NCBI GenBank assembly: GCA_965248265.1
Contig: CBDFJF010000002.1
Span: forward strand, 3,360,001 to 3,424,000
Reading direction: 5' to 3'
Length of the DNA: 64,000 nt
Source of the DNA: Candidatus Latescibacterota bacterium
GTDB lineage: Bacteria > Latescibacterota > UBA2968 > UBA8231
A program made the position numbers and the translations under genes. Shown piece after piece: positions 1-9,445 of this stretch. The notes below the pieces were generated by a model that was not told the DNA's origin, did no database searches, and saw only the letters and a program-made list of their open reading frames with translations. Numbering within the stretch: the stretch's first letter is position 1; each line of letters opens with the position of its first letter.

Positions 1-1
1 T

Positions 2-376
2 CCAGTTGAAGCGGCGGATTACTTCCAGAAGCAGGATGCGCTGGCAGGTTCGCTCAAAATGGCCAGCTCCTCAGGTCTGAAAACTTGCGTATTGGGGGAC
101 AGGGCAGCGGACCTGGACAGGTCAATGGCACTCCGGGTGCAGTTATGCGCCATACATCAACGGGTCAGCGAAAGAGACCTCATCCTCCTCGACACTCCAG
201 CCGCAGGGGGGAATGCGGATGACGTGACACTGCTGCTGGCTCTGCTCGCCCAGATCTGTGACCGCGGAGCAACCGTCGTGGTTGCCGAGACCCGCAGTGA
301 AATCGTTGCCGCCGCCCCCCGTGTCATCACCATGGGACCCGGACGCGGGGACGAAGGCGGGCGAGTGATTGCTTGA
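2..376 (+). CDS. C-terminal part of a degenerate UvrA-like ABC ATPase (5' end outside the window)
   Basis: The frame is open from base 2. It ends ...LILLDTPAAG...DRGATVVVAET...VITMGPGRGDEGGRVIA, which matches the UvrA C-terminus (LDEPTTG...GNTVLVIEH...IDLGPEGGDGGGEIVA), but the catalytic motifs are substituted. Confidence 0.7.
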   Translation, partial: PVEAADYFQKQDALAGSLKMASSSGLKTCVLGDRAADLDRSMALRVQLCAIHQRVSERDLILLDTPAAGGNADDVTLLLALLAQICDRGATVVVAETRSEIVAAAPRVITMGPGRGDEGGRVIA

Positions 377-401
377 CGCACCTCCCCCATATCTATATTC
401 T
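373..401 (+). promoter_or_regulatory. Putative sigma70 promoter of the CBS-korAB operon
   Basis: TTGACG-N17-TATTCT. Confidence 0.5.
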
Positions 402-464
402 TGGAACTAGCCCTAAGTCCTGATTTTTTCTGATATTTCAGACGGATTTCACCCCGAATTGGCG

Positions 465-935
465 ATGAGCTCAGACCTCGATTTTCAATACGAGAAAATT
501 TCTCGTCTTGATCTTACGACATACGCCACCGCACGAGCAGGTACCTCCATTTCCGAGACCCTCGCGCTCATGCGCGAGCGACGTGTAAGCGCCGTGCTCG
601 TGGAAGACGAGGCTCACCGCATAGTCGGGATTTTTACCGAGCGTGATGTATTGTTGAAAGTGGCGGGGGAGGCGGATGCGTTGGACCAGAGCGTCGATTC
701 GGTGATGACCGCCCAGCCGCAGACCTTGTCCCCCAACGATACCGTCGGTCACGCCCTGCAACTGATGAACGAAGGTCACTATCGAAATGTGCCCGTTCTC
801 GATGAGGATCAAGGTGTCGTCGGAAACCTCTCGCAACACGCGCTCATAACCTTTCTGACAGATCGCTATCCAAGGGAGATATACAATCTGCCACCTGAAC
901 CGGATATGATCCCGCAGACCCGCGAGGGGGCTTGA
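465..935 (+). CDS. CBS domain pair protein
   Basis: IVGIFTERDVL and YRNVPVLD CBS motifs. Confidence 0.9.
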   Translation: MSSDLDFQYEKISRLDLTTYATARAGTSISETLALMRERRVSAVLVEDEAHRIVGIFTERDVLLKVAGEADALDQSVDSVMTAQPQTLSPNDTVGHALQLMNEGHYRNVPVLDEDQGVVGNLSQHALITFLTDRYPREIYNLPPEPDMIPQTREGA

Positions 936-984
936 GCGTGTCGGGCCGCGTGGTGCCGAGTGAAGTGCAGCGGGGGAGCCCGAC

Positions 985-2874
985 ATGACCGATACCGCAG
1001 CATCGGGAGCTGAGCAGGCGAAGGAGGCTTCCGGACGGATCCGCGAGCAAACATCCGTCGTCATCCGTTTCTCCGGTGACTCCGGCGACGGCATGCAGTT
1101 GACCGGAGATCAGTTTACGAACACTTCCGCCATCTTCGGCAACGACGTCAGCACCTTCCCCGATTTTCCAGCAGAGATCAGAGCTCCCGCCGGTACCATT
1201 CCGGGGCTAAGCGGTTTCCAGGTACATTTTTCTTCCACTGAACTGTACACAGCGGGCGATGCACCTCAGGTGCTGGTGGCCATGAACCCAGCCTCTCTCA
1301 AGGCGAATCTCGAGGATCTCGTACCGGGCGGGGTCATCATCGTCAACGTCGACGCCTTCACGCGAAACAACCTGCGCAAGGCCGGTTACGATGAGACTCC
1401 GTTGGGTACCGACAGCTTGCAAGGTTACGAGGTTCATCAGGTTCCGCTGACTTCGATGACGCGTGCGGCGCTGGAGGATGTGGAGGGCCTCACCAACCAG
1501 CAGAAGGATCTGTGCAAAAATGCCTTCGCACTCGGACTGGCGTTCTGGATGTTCGACCGCCCACTCGAGACCACGATCAAGTTCTACGAAGAGAAGTTCG
1601 TCAAGCGCCCACAGGTCATCGACGCCAACACCAGGGCGTTGAAGGCCGGGTACAACTACGGCGAGACCTCCGAAACCATGCAGTCGCGGGTGCATGTGCC
1701 AAGTCGTCTTGCCGTGACGCCAGGTAAGTACCGCCGCTTGACGGGGAACGAGGCTCTGGTACTGGGCCTGGTAACGGCGGCACAAAAGGCCAACAAACCC
1801 TTATTCTATGGCAGCTACCCGATCACACCAGCCAGTCTGATTCTGGAGGGTCTGGCGGCTCTGAAGCATTTCGATGTGCGAACTTTTCAGGCGGAGGACG
1901 AGATCTCCGCGATCGGTTCAGTGATCGGGGCCTCGTTCGGTGGTGCTTTTTCCGCTACAGCCAGTAGCGGTCCAGGAATCGCGCTCAAGAGCGAAGGCAT
2001 CAATCTGGCAATCGTGCTCGAACTGCCGATGGTGATCATTAACGTTCAGCGAGGAGGGCCGAGCACTGGGTTGCCGACAAAGACGGAACAGGCCGATCTG
2101 CTGGAAGTTCTTTTTGGTCGCAACGGAGAAAGCCCCGTACCGGTGATTGCCCCAGCGACTTCAGCCGAATGTTTTGATATGGCCATCGAGGCCTTTCGGA
2201 TTGCCGTCCGTCACATGACACCAGTGTACCTGTTGTCAGACGGGTACCTAGCCAATAACTCGGAGCCTTGGTTGATACCCGATCCCGACGACATCGATCT
2301 GATCGAGGTGACACACCGCACTGATCCGGAGGGTTATCAACCCTACATGCGGGATGATGCAACGTTGGCCCGCCCGTGGGTGGTGCCGGGAACACCTGGC
2401 TTGGAGCACCGCATCGGTGGGCTCGGCAAGCGTGATCACACAGGCGAGGTTTCATACTCACCTCAGGATCACGAAGCGATCGTGCTGCGACGAGCGGAAA
2501 AGGTGGCCAGGGTGGCCGATTTCATTCCGGAAACTGAGGTTACGGGGCCGGCACAGGGTGACCTGCTGGTGCTGGGATGGGGTGGTACTTACGGAGCCAT
2601 TGCGGCAGCGACTGAGCAGGCTCAGCAGGAAGGGCTATCTGTTGCCACCGCCCACCTTCGCTACCTGAACCCCTTCCCTAAGGATTTGGGAAACATTCTC
2701 GGCAGGTATCGGCAGGTGCTCGTGCCTGAACTGAATCTCGGTCAGCTCTCGATGCTGATTCAGGCGCGATACCCAGTCCGGGTGATTCCGTTGAACAAGG
2801 TGCAAGGGCAGCCCTTCACGATTCGTGAGGTACTGGCAAAAATCCGCTCCATTCTGTCGCTGAACGGCAGTTGA
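985..2874 (+). CDS. korA: 2-oxoacid:acceptor (ferredoxin) oxidoreductase subunit alpha
   Basis: GDSGDGMQLTG, YPITPAS, QAEDEI and QRGGPSTGLPT motifs. Confidence 0.95.
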   Translation: MTDTAASGAEQAKEASGRIREQTSVVIRFSGDSGDGMQLTGDQFTNTSAIFGNDVSTFPDFPAEIRAPAGTIPGLSGFQVHFSSTELYTAGDAPQVLVAMNPASLKANLEDLVPGGVIIVNVDAFTRNNLRKAGYDETPLGTDSLQGYEVHQVPLTSMTRAALEDVEGLTNQQKDLCKNAFALGLAFWMFDRPLETTIKFYEEKFVKRPQVIDANTRALKAGYNYGETSETMQSRVHVPSRLAVTPGKYRRLTGNEALVLGLVTAAQKANKPLFYGSYPITPASLILEGLAALKHFDVRTFQAEDEISAIGSVIGASFGGAFSATASSGPGIALKSEGINLAIVLELPMVIINVQRGGPSTGLPTKTEQADLLEVLFGRNGESPVPVIAPATSAECFDMAIEAFRIAVRHMTPVYLLSDGYLANNSEPWLIPDPDDIDLIEVTHRTDPEGYQPYMRDDATLARPWVVPGTPGLEHRIGGLGKRDHTGEVSYSPQDHEAIVLRRAEKVARVADFIPETEVTGPAQGDLLVLGWGGTYGAIAAATEQAQQEGLSVATAHLRYLNPFPKDLGNILGRYRQVLVPELNLGQLSMLIQARYPVRVIPLNKVQGQPFTIREVLAKIRSILSLNGS

Positions 2875-2916
2875 CGACGAGATGATAAGGATGCATGACC
2901 GAGAAAGCAGGCAGCG

Positions 2917-3960
2917 ATGACGGACGCAGTCCTTGATACGGCAACAGCCGTGGACAACAAACTGACACGGAAGGATTTCGTTTCGGACCAGGAGGTCCGG
3001 TGGTGCCCCGGGTGCGGCGACTATGCGATTCTGGCACAGATGCAGAAGGTGCTACCAGAAGTAGGCGTGCCCAGAGAACAGATCGTCTTCGTATCAGGTA
3101 TCGGGTGCTCGAGCCGATTTCCTTATTACATGAACACCTATGGTCTGCACTCCATTCACGGCAGAGCACCGACACTGGCTTCGGGGTTGAAGGCAGCAAA
3201 CCCAGACCTGAGCGTCTGGGTCGTGACCGGAGACGGGGACGGGTTGTCGATTGGTGGCAACCACCTCATCCATTGCCTGCGTCGCAACGTCGATGTGAAG
3301 ATCATTCTGTTCAACAACCGGGTTTACGGACTCACCAAAGGCCAGTACTCGCCCACGTCCCTTCCCGGACACCGCACCCAGTCCACTCCGATGGGATCGA
3401 TCGATTACCCCTTGAACGCTCTGTCGGTGGCGATCGGTGCAGAGGCGACGTTCGTCGCGCGAACGCAGGATACGAACACGAAGCATCTCAGCGAGGTCTT
3501 GCGTCGCGCTGCCGCTCACCGTGGCACGGCATTCGTCGAGGTCTACCAGAATTGTGTCGTCTACAACCCCACCGCCTGGCAACACACGACGGATCCCGGG
3601 CTGCGCGATGACAACATCGTGTTTCTGGAGGAAGGGGAGCCTTTGGTGTTCGGCAAGGACATGGACAAGGGGATCCGCATGAATGGCCAGGAGCCGGAGG
3701 TGGTCGCGTTGGGGAACGGGGTGAGCGAGGCCGAGTTGATCGTGCATCGCGAGGGCGTGCAGAACACGGCCTACGCCTATATGTTGAGCAGGATGGAGGA
3801 TCCAGGGATGCCGCTGCCCTTCGGCATACTGCGTTGCGTCGAGAAGCCGTCCTACAATCAGATGTTGAGTGCCCAGATCGAGACCGCCGTGCGGGAGTCT
3901 GGTATGGGCGACCTGTCCGATTTGTATAGCGCGGCAGATACGTGGACCGTGGAGACGTGA
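2917..3960 (+). CDS. korB: 2-oxoacid:ferredoxin oxidoreductase subunit beta
   Basis: WCPGCGD, SGIGCSS, TPP-binding GDGD...NN and YGLTKGQ motifs. Confidence 0.95.
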   Translation: MTDAVLDTATAVDNKLTRKDFVSDQEVRWCPGCGDYAILAQMQKVLPEVGVPREQIVFVSGIGCSSRFPYYMNTYGLHSIHGRAPTLASGLKAANPDLSVWVVTGDGDGLSIGGNHLIHCLRRNVDVKIILFNNRVYGLTKGQYSPTSLPGHRTQSTPMGSIDYPLNALSVAIGAEATFVARTQDTNTKHLSEVLRRAAAHRGTAFVEVYQNCVVYNPTAWQHTTDPGLRDDNIVFLEEGEPLVFGKDMDKGIRMNGQEPEVVALGNGVSEAELIVHREGVQNTAYAYMLSRMEDPGMPLPFGILRCVEKPSYNQMLSAQIETAVRESGMGDLSDLYSAADTWTVET

Positions 3961-3965
3961 AGGCG

Positions 3966-4535
3966 ATGATGGGATCGGTGGATTCTTCGTCTACGACTCC
4001 AGCCCAATCTCACGGGTTGATCTGTTCGGCCTGTGGTCACGACAACATTCCGGGCGCAGATGTGTGCGAGGAGTGCGGTCAGGCGCTTACGGATGCACCT
4101 GTCGAAGAAAGCGCGGCCACACAGGAGAGCGGTCTGTTCGATCGTCCGCTTCTCGAACTGAACCCGAGACGCCCCGAATGTGTGGAGAGGCAGACTTCCC
4201 TTGCAGAGGTGATCGCGCGGCTGAAGGGTCGCAACGTAGGGTGCGTTCTGGTTACTGGTAATGGCGGCGAACTCATAGGTATTTTCACCGAAAGAGATGT
4301 CCTCTATCGGGTGGTGGGCTTGATCGAGAACCCGGAAAGCATACCGGTGGAGAGCATGATGACCCCGGATCCGACCGCACTAAAGGCATCCGATCCCATC
4401 AGCCGTGCCCTCCACATGATGGGACTACACGGTTTTCGCCACGTGCCCATAGTCGATGACGATGCCAGGCCGGTCGGCTTTATCGCCTTGCGTGATATCG
4501 TCAGCTTGATGGAGGAGAGCTTTGTTGATCCCTGA
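3966..4535 (+). CDS. Zinc-ribbon plus CBS domain protein
   Basis: CSACGHDN...CEECG, followed by the CBS motifs LIGIFTERDVL and FRHVPIVD. Confidence 0.9.
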   Translation: MMGSVDSSSTTPAQSHGLICSACGHDNIPGADVCEECGQALTDAPVEESAATQESGLFDRPLLELNPRRPECVERQTSLAEVIARLKGRNVGCVLVTGNGGELIGIFTERDVLYRVVGLIENPESIPVESMMTPDPTALKASDPISRALHMMGLHGFRHVPIVDDDARPVGFIALRDIVSLMEESFVDP

Positions 4536-4635
4536 GGGCTGATGGAGAACGCCAACCGGCGTTGGTCGAATCGGCTTTTCGAAGCGAGGACTGCATTGTC
4601 AGGCCCTCGCTTTTTCACTTGGAGGACGACGTCCC

Positions 4636-5124
4636 ATGCCTTCGAATGCAAGACTCTTGGTCGCTCTGGCTGCGTGCACGGCCACACTCACACTCTCCAA
4701 CCTGCGGGCGACTGGTGAAATTCTCAACGCCGACCTCAATGCGATTCGCTCGGTTTCCGAGGCTGACTGGCTACAACTCAAGCTGGAGCTGCTCGGCCTG
4801 CGGCTCAGCTATCCCGCGTACCGGATTCAACTCAGGTTGAACGAGGACAACGTCATCTCTTTCAATTTCTGGATCAGTGCGCCGCTGGCGGAGCATCTGG
4901 AGGAGGCGGGCAGAGGCGAAACCGAACGCATACTTGCCTACCATGCTGAAGGCATTGGCAGCCAGGTATCGACTCTGGTTCGTGAGGACTTTCCGGAAAT
5001 GTGGCCGAACTTCGAGTTGAGATCAGATCTGAGCGGAGTTTTTCTGGTGCCTGGTGATGAATTCGATTCGCTGCCGGAGGAGATAGCCGTGTGGCAGCGA
5101 GACGAACTGCGCTGGATGCGCTAG
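4636..5124 (+). CDS. Hypothetical exported protein
   Basis: GGAGG SD, signal-peptide-like N-terminus, 162 aa. Confidence 0.7.
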   Translation: MPSNARLLVALAACTATLTLSNLRATGEILNADLNAIRSVSEADWLQLKLELLGLRLSYPAYRIQLRLNEDNVISFNFWISAPLAEHLEEAGRGETERILAYHAEGIGSQVSTLVREDFPEMWPNFELRSDLSGVFLVPGDEFDSLPEEIAVWQRDELRWMR

Positions 5125-5126
5125 TG

Positions 5127-5181
5127 ACGATCCTGCGGATCGTTTCGACGAATCCTACAGATTAACGATCCTTTGGATCGT
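5127..5181. repeat. Two copies of the palindrome ACGATCC-N3-GGATCGT between convergent genes
   Basis: acgatcc-tgc-ggatcgt at 5127-5143 and acgatcc-ttt-ggatcgt at 5165-5181. Confidence 0.7.
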
Positions 5182-5204
5182 CCGACGCCACTCTTCGGGT
5201 CGTT

Positions 5205-5435
5205 CTATTCGGGGTCGTTTCGGAATGTAGTGCCCTGCATCGATTCCCTCAGTGGAATGGTCTTGTCTATGACGGGTTCCTCCGTCGTAACTACCCATCC
5301 CTGGACCTCTCGTCCAAAAACAACCACCTGCTTCGGAACGACCTCGACCACGTTGGTGGCGGCGCGCGTGTGTCGCTCACGGTCGACGCAGAAAAAGGTA
5401 TGTCGCCGGGTTACCCCTTGCTCGATGAAATTCAC
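5205..5435 (-). CDS. Small hypothetical protein (76 aa)
   Basis: Begins 15 nt after the hemE stop on the same strand and fills the gap. Confidence 0.5.
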   Translation of the reverse strand: MNFIEQGVTRRHTFFCVDRERHTRAATNVVEVVPKQVVVFGREVQGWVVTTEEPVIDKTIPLRESMQGTTFRNDPE

Positions 5436-5450
5436 TGCTTTTGCCCCGCT

Positions 5451-6515
5451 TCAGTTAGAAGACTCGAATGCGTGAACGGTGTCGATCAACCGCTTCACCT
5501 GGTCGTATGGTGTTTCCGGATGCACGCCATGGCCGAGATTGAACACATGAGGCCGGCCGGCCGTCACCGTTAGCAGTTCCGTGGCGACGGATTCGACGTG
5601 CTCTGGTGACCCGAAGAGCGCGCAAGGATTCAGGTTACCCTGCAATGCGTGCGGCTTCTTGCCTTCCAGTAGACGAAAAGCGTTGGCGATGTCCGTGCGC
5701 CAGTCCACGCTGAGCGCCTCCACCGCCAATTCGCCGATTTCATCGAGCAGGTGAGTCGCTCCCAACCCGAAATATATACGCGGTACCCCAGACGACTCCA
5801 GCGCCGCGAATACGCGGTCGAGGTACGGCCGGCAGATACCGACGAATTCGTCCGTGGACAGGACTCCGACGCAGGTATCGAACAGCTGAACTACCTGAAC
5901 CCCTGCCCGCACCTGCATCTGCAGGTAGGCGATGGTGATGTCGGTGAGTCTCGACATCAGCGCATGGGCGCAGTCTGCATCGTGGTGAAGCATGCGGCGG
6001 AAAAGTGAGTACTCCTTGGCGCTGCCACCCTCCACGAGGTAGGTGGCAAGGGTAAACGGGGCGCCTGCGAAACCGATGAGCGGTACAGATGGGGGAAGGG
6101 CGCGCCCGATTTCCCCGATCGCTTGAACCACGTGAGACAATTCTTGTTCGGGATCGTATTCGCGCATGCCTGTGACATCGTTTCGCGTGCGTAGCGGTGA
6201 ACCGATGGTCGGCCCCGGGGCGAAGACGATGTCACACCCCATCGGCATCACTGGAGTAAAGATGTCGGCGAAGAGGATGGCTGCGTCGACCTCCAGCATG
6301 TCTACGGGCATCAAGGTGATCTGTGTGACCAGCTCAGGATCATCGAACAGAGCTTGAATCGAGCCAGTCTTTTCCTTGAGTTGTCTGTACGGTTCCAGGA
6401 TGCGGCCGGCCTGCCGCATCAACCAGATTGGTCGGATCGACGGGACGCCGCCGGAGAGTGCCTGCAGCAGTGGGGGAACCGGTGTGGTGGTGGAAGGGGT
6501 TACCAATTCGGGCAC
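5451..6515 (-). CDS. hemE: Uroporphyrinogen decarboxylase
   Basis: PIWLMRQAGR, AAILFADI, LIGFAGAPFTLATY, QGNL and FNLGHG motifs. Confidence 0.97.
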   Translation of the reverse strand: MPELVTPSTTTPVPPLLQALSGGVPSIRPIWLMRQAGRILEPYRQLKEKTGSIQALFDDPELVTQITLMPVDMLEVDAAILFADIFTPVMPMGCDIVFAPGPTIGSPLRTRNDVTGMREYDPEQELSHVVQAIGEIGRALPPSVPLIGFAGAPFTLATYLVEGGSAKEYSLFRRMLHHDADCAHALMSRLTDITIAYLQMQVRAGVQVVQLFDTCVGVLSTDEFVGICRPYLDRVFAALESSGVPRIYFGLGATHLLDEIGELAVEALSVDWRTDIANAFRLLEGKKPHALQGNLNPCALFGSPEHVESVATELLTVTAGRPHVFNLGHGVHPETPYDQVKRLIDTVHAFESSN

Positions 6516-7981
6516 ACGCCCAACGAGCTGTGGCGCGTGGTTCGGCCCAGGTCGCGGACCCTCACTCCCTCCTCGGCGTAGTAGACACAGATATAGTCGT
6601 TCCGGGCAGGGCTGGTTGAGGTCCAGTCCAGGGTCTGGCGCTGCGGAGTCACATTGAGTGCCATGCGGCAGACCAGCAGATCATACACGGCCTCCACAAG
6701 AGTACGGCGCCGGATCATGTGCGAGGGGATTCCGAGACTCGTCGCCAGGTATCGCAGGTACTGGTTCTGCTCCATGAAATTCTTGCCGATACTCTCGCGC
6801 GGAGATTCCTGTGAGATCAAAGCCCACCCCGGCTCCGGAGTCTCCGAAGTCATGAACGCACTTCCCCGGTACCTGCCCAGCTCCTGGATCTGGCCGAAGA
6901 GGGCGGGAAACGCCTTGGCCAGCGTCAATACGGTGCATGGCTGGTTAACCCCCTTGTGGACGAAGCGGGGGATCCGTGGAATCAAGGTGAACTGTTTCTC
7001 GGCGAGCTTACTGTTGCGCAGACTGGCTACGACCTTGTCGCTCAGCTTGGCTCGCAGGCGCTGTTGCAGTTGGATCAGGTCATCCTTCTGCAGCGACAAG
7101 TCCAGTGCCGCCTGAACATCTTCGAGGCTGATCTTGTGCGCGAAGATGTCGATCTCATTTTCCTGCGGCTCCGGCGGTCTTCCTCTGGCAGGTCGGCTGC
7201 CATCTGCTGCCGCCTCTCCCTGGCGGGGGAGGCCTCCGTGAGCAGAATCCTGGTTGCCGTCAGGTACCGATTGAATGCCGGGGGTGGAATCAGCAAACAG
7301 GTCGTCGCTTGACCCTCCCATCGGGGATGCCTCGGCCTCATTGAATCCCTCGAATGAGGCCGCAGGTCCGGCCTCCTCCGCCTCATCGTCGTCGAATACC
7401 TCGAACAGGGCAGCAGACTCGGTTTCAGTAGCGCCGGTCGATGCGCCTGCGTCTGCTTCCTCCTCATCGACCAGACCGGAAAAGGCGAACGAACTGGAAT
7501 CTGGAGTCTCGTGGCCATTGTCGGAGACCGTATCCGCCTGGCCCAGTTCAAAGAGCGCAGGGTCCGGCGCGGTTGCCACGTCGATTTCCTCCTCCTCCTC
7601 CACTTCTTCCTCTTCAAACAGACTGTCGGCCATTTCAGGAAAGGCGTCGCCATCAGCTCCGGCATCCACCGAGAGCACCACGTCTTCCTCGGGCGCTTCT
7701 TCGATCTCTTCCACCGGGTCGGGCAGCAGGGAAGCGAACTTGTGCAGAATCTCATCGATGCGGCTGCCGACTCGACCGTTGACGTCGAATTTGGTTTTGG
7801 CCTGCTGCAGCGCGCTCAGAGCAGTGGTCAGATCATCCTCAGACAAGCCCTCTCCCAGTTCCTCCAGCGGATCCAGCAGGTCAGACGTCCATTGGGTCAC
7901 CAGAAGGCGATCCTCCGTTCGCTCGATGTAACTCTCGAGCGAACGGATCTCGTTCTTTAGTTGTTGAGAGATATCGTCCAA
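6500..7981 (-). CDS. Hypothetical protein: helical N-terminus, long acidic linker, C-terminal domain paralogous to the neighbouring gene
   Basis: 493-aa ORF with an Asp/Glu-rich middle region; its C-terminal domain aligns by eye with 8115-9362. Confidence 0.85.
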   Translation of the reverse strand: MDDISQQLKNEIRSLESYIERTEDRLLVTQWTSDLLDPLEELGEGLSEDDLTTALSALQQAKTKFDVNGRVGSRIDEILHKFASLLPDPVEEIEEAPEEDVVLSVDAGADGDAFPEMADSLFEEEEVEEEEEIDVATAPDPALFELGQADTVSDNGHETPDSSSFAFSGLVDEEEADAGASTGATETESAALFEVFDDDEAEEAGPAASFEGFNEAEASPMGGSSDDLFADSTPGIQSVPDGNQDSAHGGLPRQGEAAADGSRPARGRPPEPQENEIDIFAHKISLEDVQAALDLSLQKDDLIQLQQRLRAKLSDKVVASLRNSKLAEKQFTLIPRIPRFVHKGVNQPCTVLTLAKAFPALFGQIQELGRYRGSAFMTSETPEPGWALISQESPRESIGKNFMEQNQYLRYLATSLGIPSHMIRRRTLVEAVYDLLVCRMALNVTPQRQTLDWTSTSPARNDYICVYYAEEGVRVRDLGRTTRHSSLGVCPNW

Positions 7982-8114
7982 AACAGACTCAGCCAGTTGG
8001 GCGCCTTGAATGCGAGGCCGCGCGAATGCTCAAACACGTCATAAAATACAGTGCCATAAGTAGTTGTACTGATTAAACCTACTGAATCGAAGCTGGATTT
8101 TCAACCAGGTGCGT

Positions 8115-9362
8115 TCAGGAGGATTCGAACACAACCGACACCAGCACTCCCGGCCACCGTGCCTTTCCCGGTCGCCAATGAGGTACACCGTGTTTTCCGG
8201 AAATGCGGATAATACCATCCTTGATATAGACGTAGACCTGCTTCTTCGATCGGTCTCCGTCGTTGTGGTAGGTCGTGCGGGTGATGCTGTTGCAGCTGTC
8301 GAAGAATTCGTCCTGTTCGAGGGCGTGCTTGAGAATGACCCGGTCGTAGACGTCTTCAAGAGCCGACTTCTGTTTGAGGAATCCCGGTGGCAGTTCGTTG
8401 GCGCGGGCGTACATCATCAGTCGCATACCGGGTTTCTTGAAGGTGCAGTTGAGGTATTGGCGATCCACCAGGCACCAGTGCGACCTGGCGATCGGATCCC
8501 GGAATAGGGGAAGGCGCGCGTACCACAGCGTCTTCTCTGAACTCGTCATGAAGGAGCTGGAAAAACGGTGCTTGAGCGCTTCGATCGTGCAGGCCTCGGC
8601 TTCGTTTCCATCCGAGCCGGGAAGAAGCGCACAGCGGTAGAGCAGGGCGTAATCCTTGAATGCCTTGCGCAGAGCACGAACGCGATTGGCGCGCACATGG
8701 GGACGTAACTGGGGACGCTCGAACAACAGTTTCCACAAGCTTTCGAGTTTCTCCGAGGCCTCGGAGAGCTGCCCGTCGTCGAGAGGATGTCCCAAAGCTT
8801 GTCCCAGGCGGTTCGTGTCGACGAAGCGCGATCCCAGTATGAGTCGCATGCGCTCGGCGACTGGCAGGTCGATGAGTTTGGCTTGCGTTCCACCTGTCGA
8901 GATGGGCTCGGCGACATCCTCCTCTTCGTCGTCGTCCTCCTCGTCGCTGACGTAAAGCTTGCGGTCCTTCTTGACGGCGGCGATCTCACCTTGAAGCTGG
9001 TTTATCAGTCCAGGGTCCACATCGGAGATCGAACCGCTCAGGTCCTCGACTTCGGCCAAATCCTGAGCCAACTCCTGCTGCAAGCCCTGAATCTGCTCGC
9101 GTCGGTCGATTATTCGGTCAACGGGGTTGAGTAACCGACGCAGGGATACCAGACGATCGATGTAGGGTTTGGTGGAATGCGCGATGTGGTGGCTGAGTTC
9201 GAGGTCCTGTACCGGATTGTGCTTGCCTTCCACGAGCTCAGTAATCCGGTGGGCGAGATCAACGATCTTCGCCCTCACGCCGGCTGGCGGCGATGCCCCT
9301 GTTGTCGGCGAGGATATATCGTCGTCGGTGATGGGGCCATTGTCGTTTTCAGAATCAGCCAT
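8115..9362 (-). CDS. Hypothetical protein: coiled-coil N-terminus, acidic patch, paralogous C-terminal domain
   Basis: Long ORF; likely start MADSEND at 9362. Confidence 0.85.
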   Translation of the reverse strand: MADSENDNGPITDDDISSPTTGASPPAGVRAKIVDLAHRITELVEGKHNPVQDLELSHHIAHSTKPYIDRLVSLRRLLNPVDRIIDRREQIQGLQQELAQDLAEVEDLSGSISDVDPGLINQLQGEIAAVKKDRKLYVSDEEDDDEEEDVAEPISTGGTQAKLIDLPVAERMRLILGSRFVDTNRLGQALGHPLDDGQLSEASEKLESLWKLLFERPQLRPHVRANRVRALRKAFKDYALLYRCALLPGSDGNEAEACTIEALKHRFSSSFMTSSEKTLWYARLPLFRDPIARSHWCLVDRQYLNCTFKKPGMRLMMYARANELPPGFLKQKSALEDVYDRVILKHALEQDEFFDSCNSITRTTYHNDGDRSKKQVYVYIKDGIIRISGKHGVPHWRPGKARWPGVLVSVVFESS

Positions 9363-9445
9363 GTGTCTCTCAGTCCGCGGACCGCGATCAATCAGGATGG
9401 AGACACCCACCTCACCAGGGCCGAAGGCCTTGCCCAATGCCGCGG

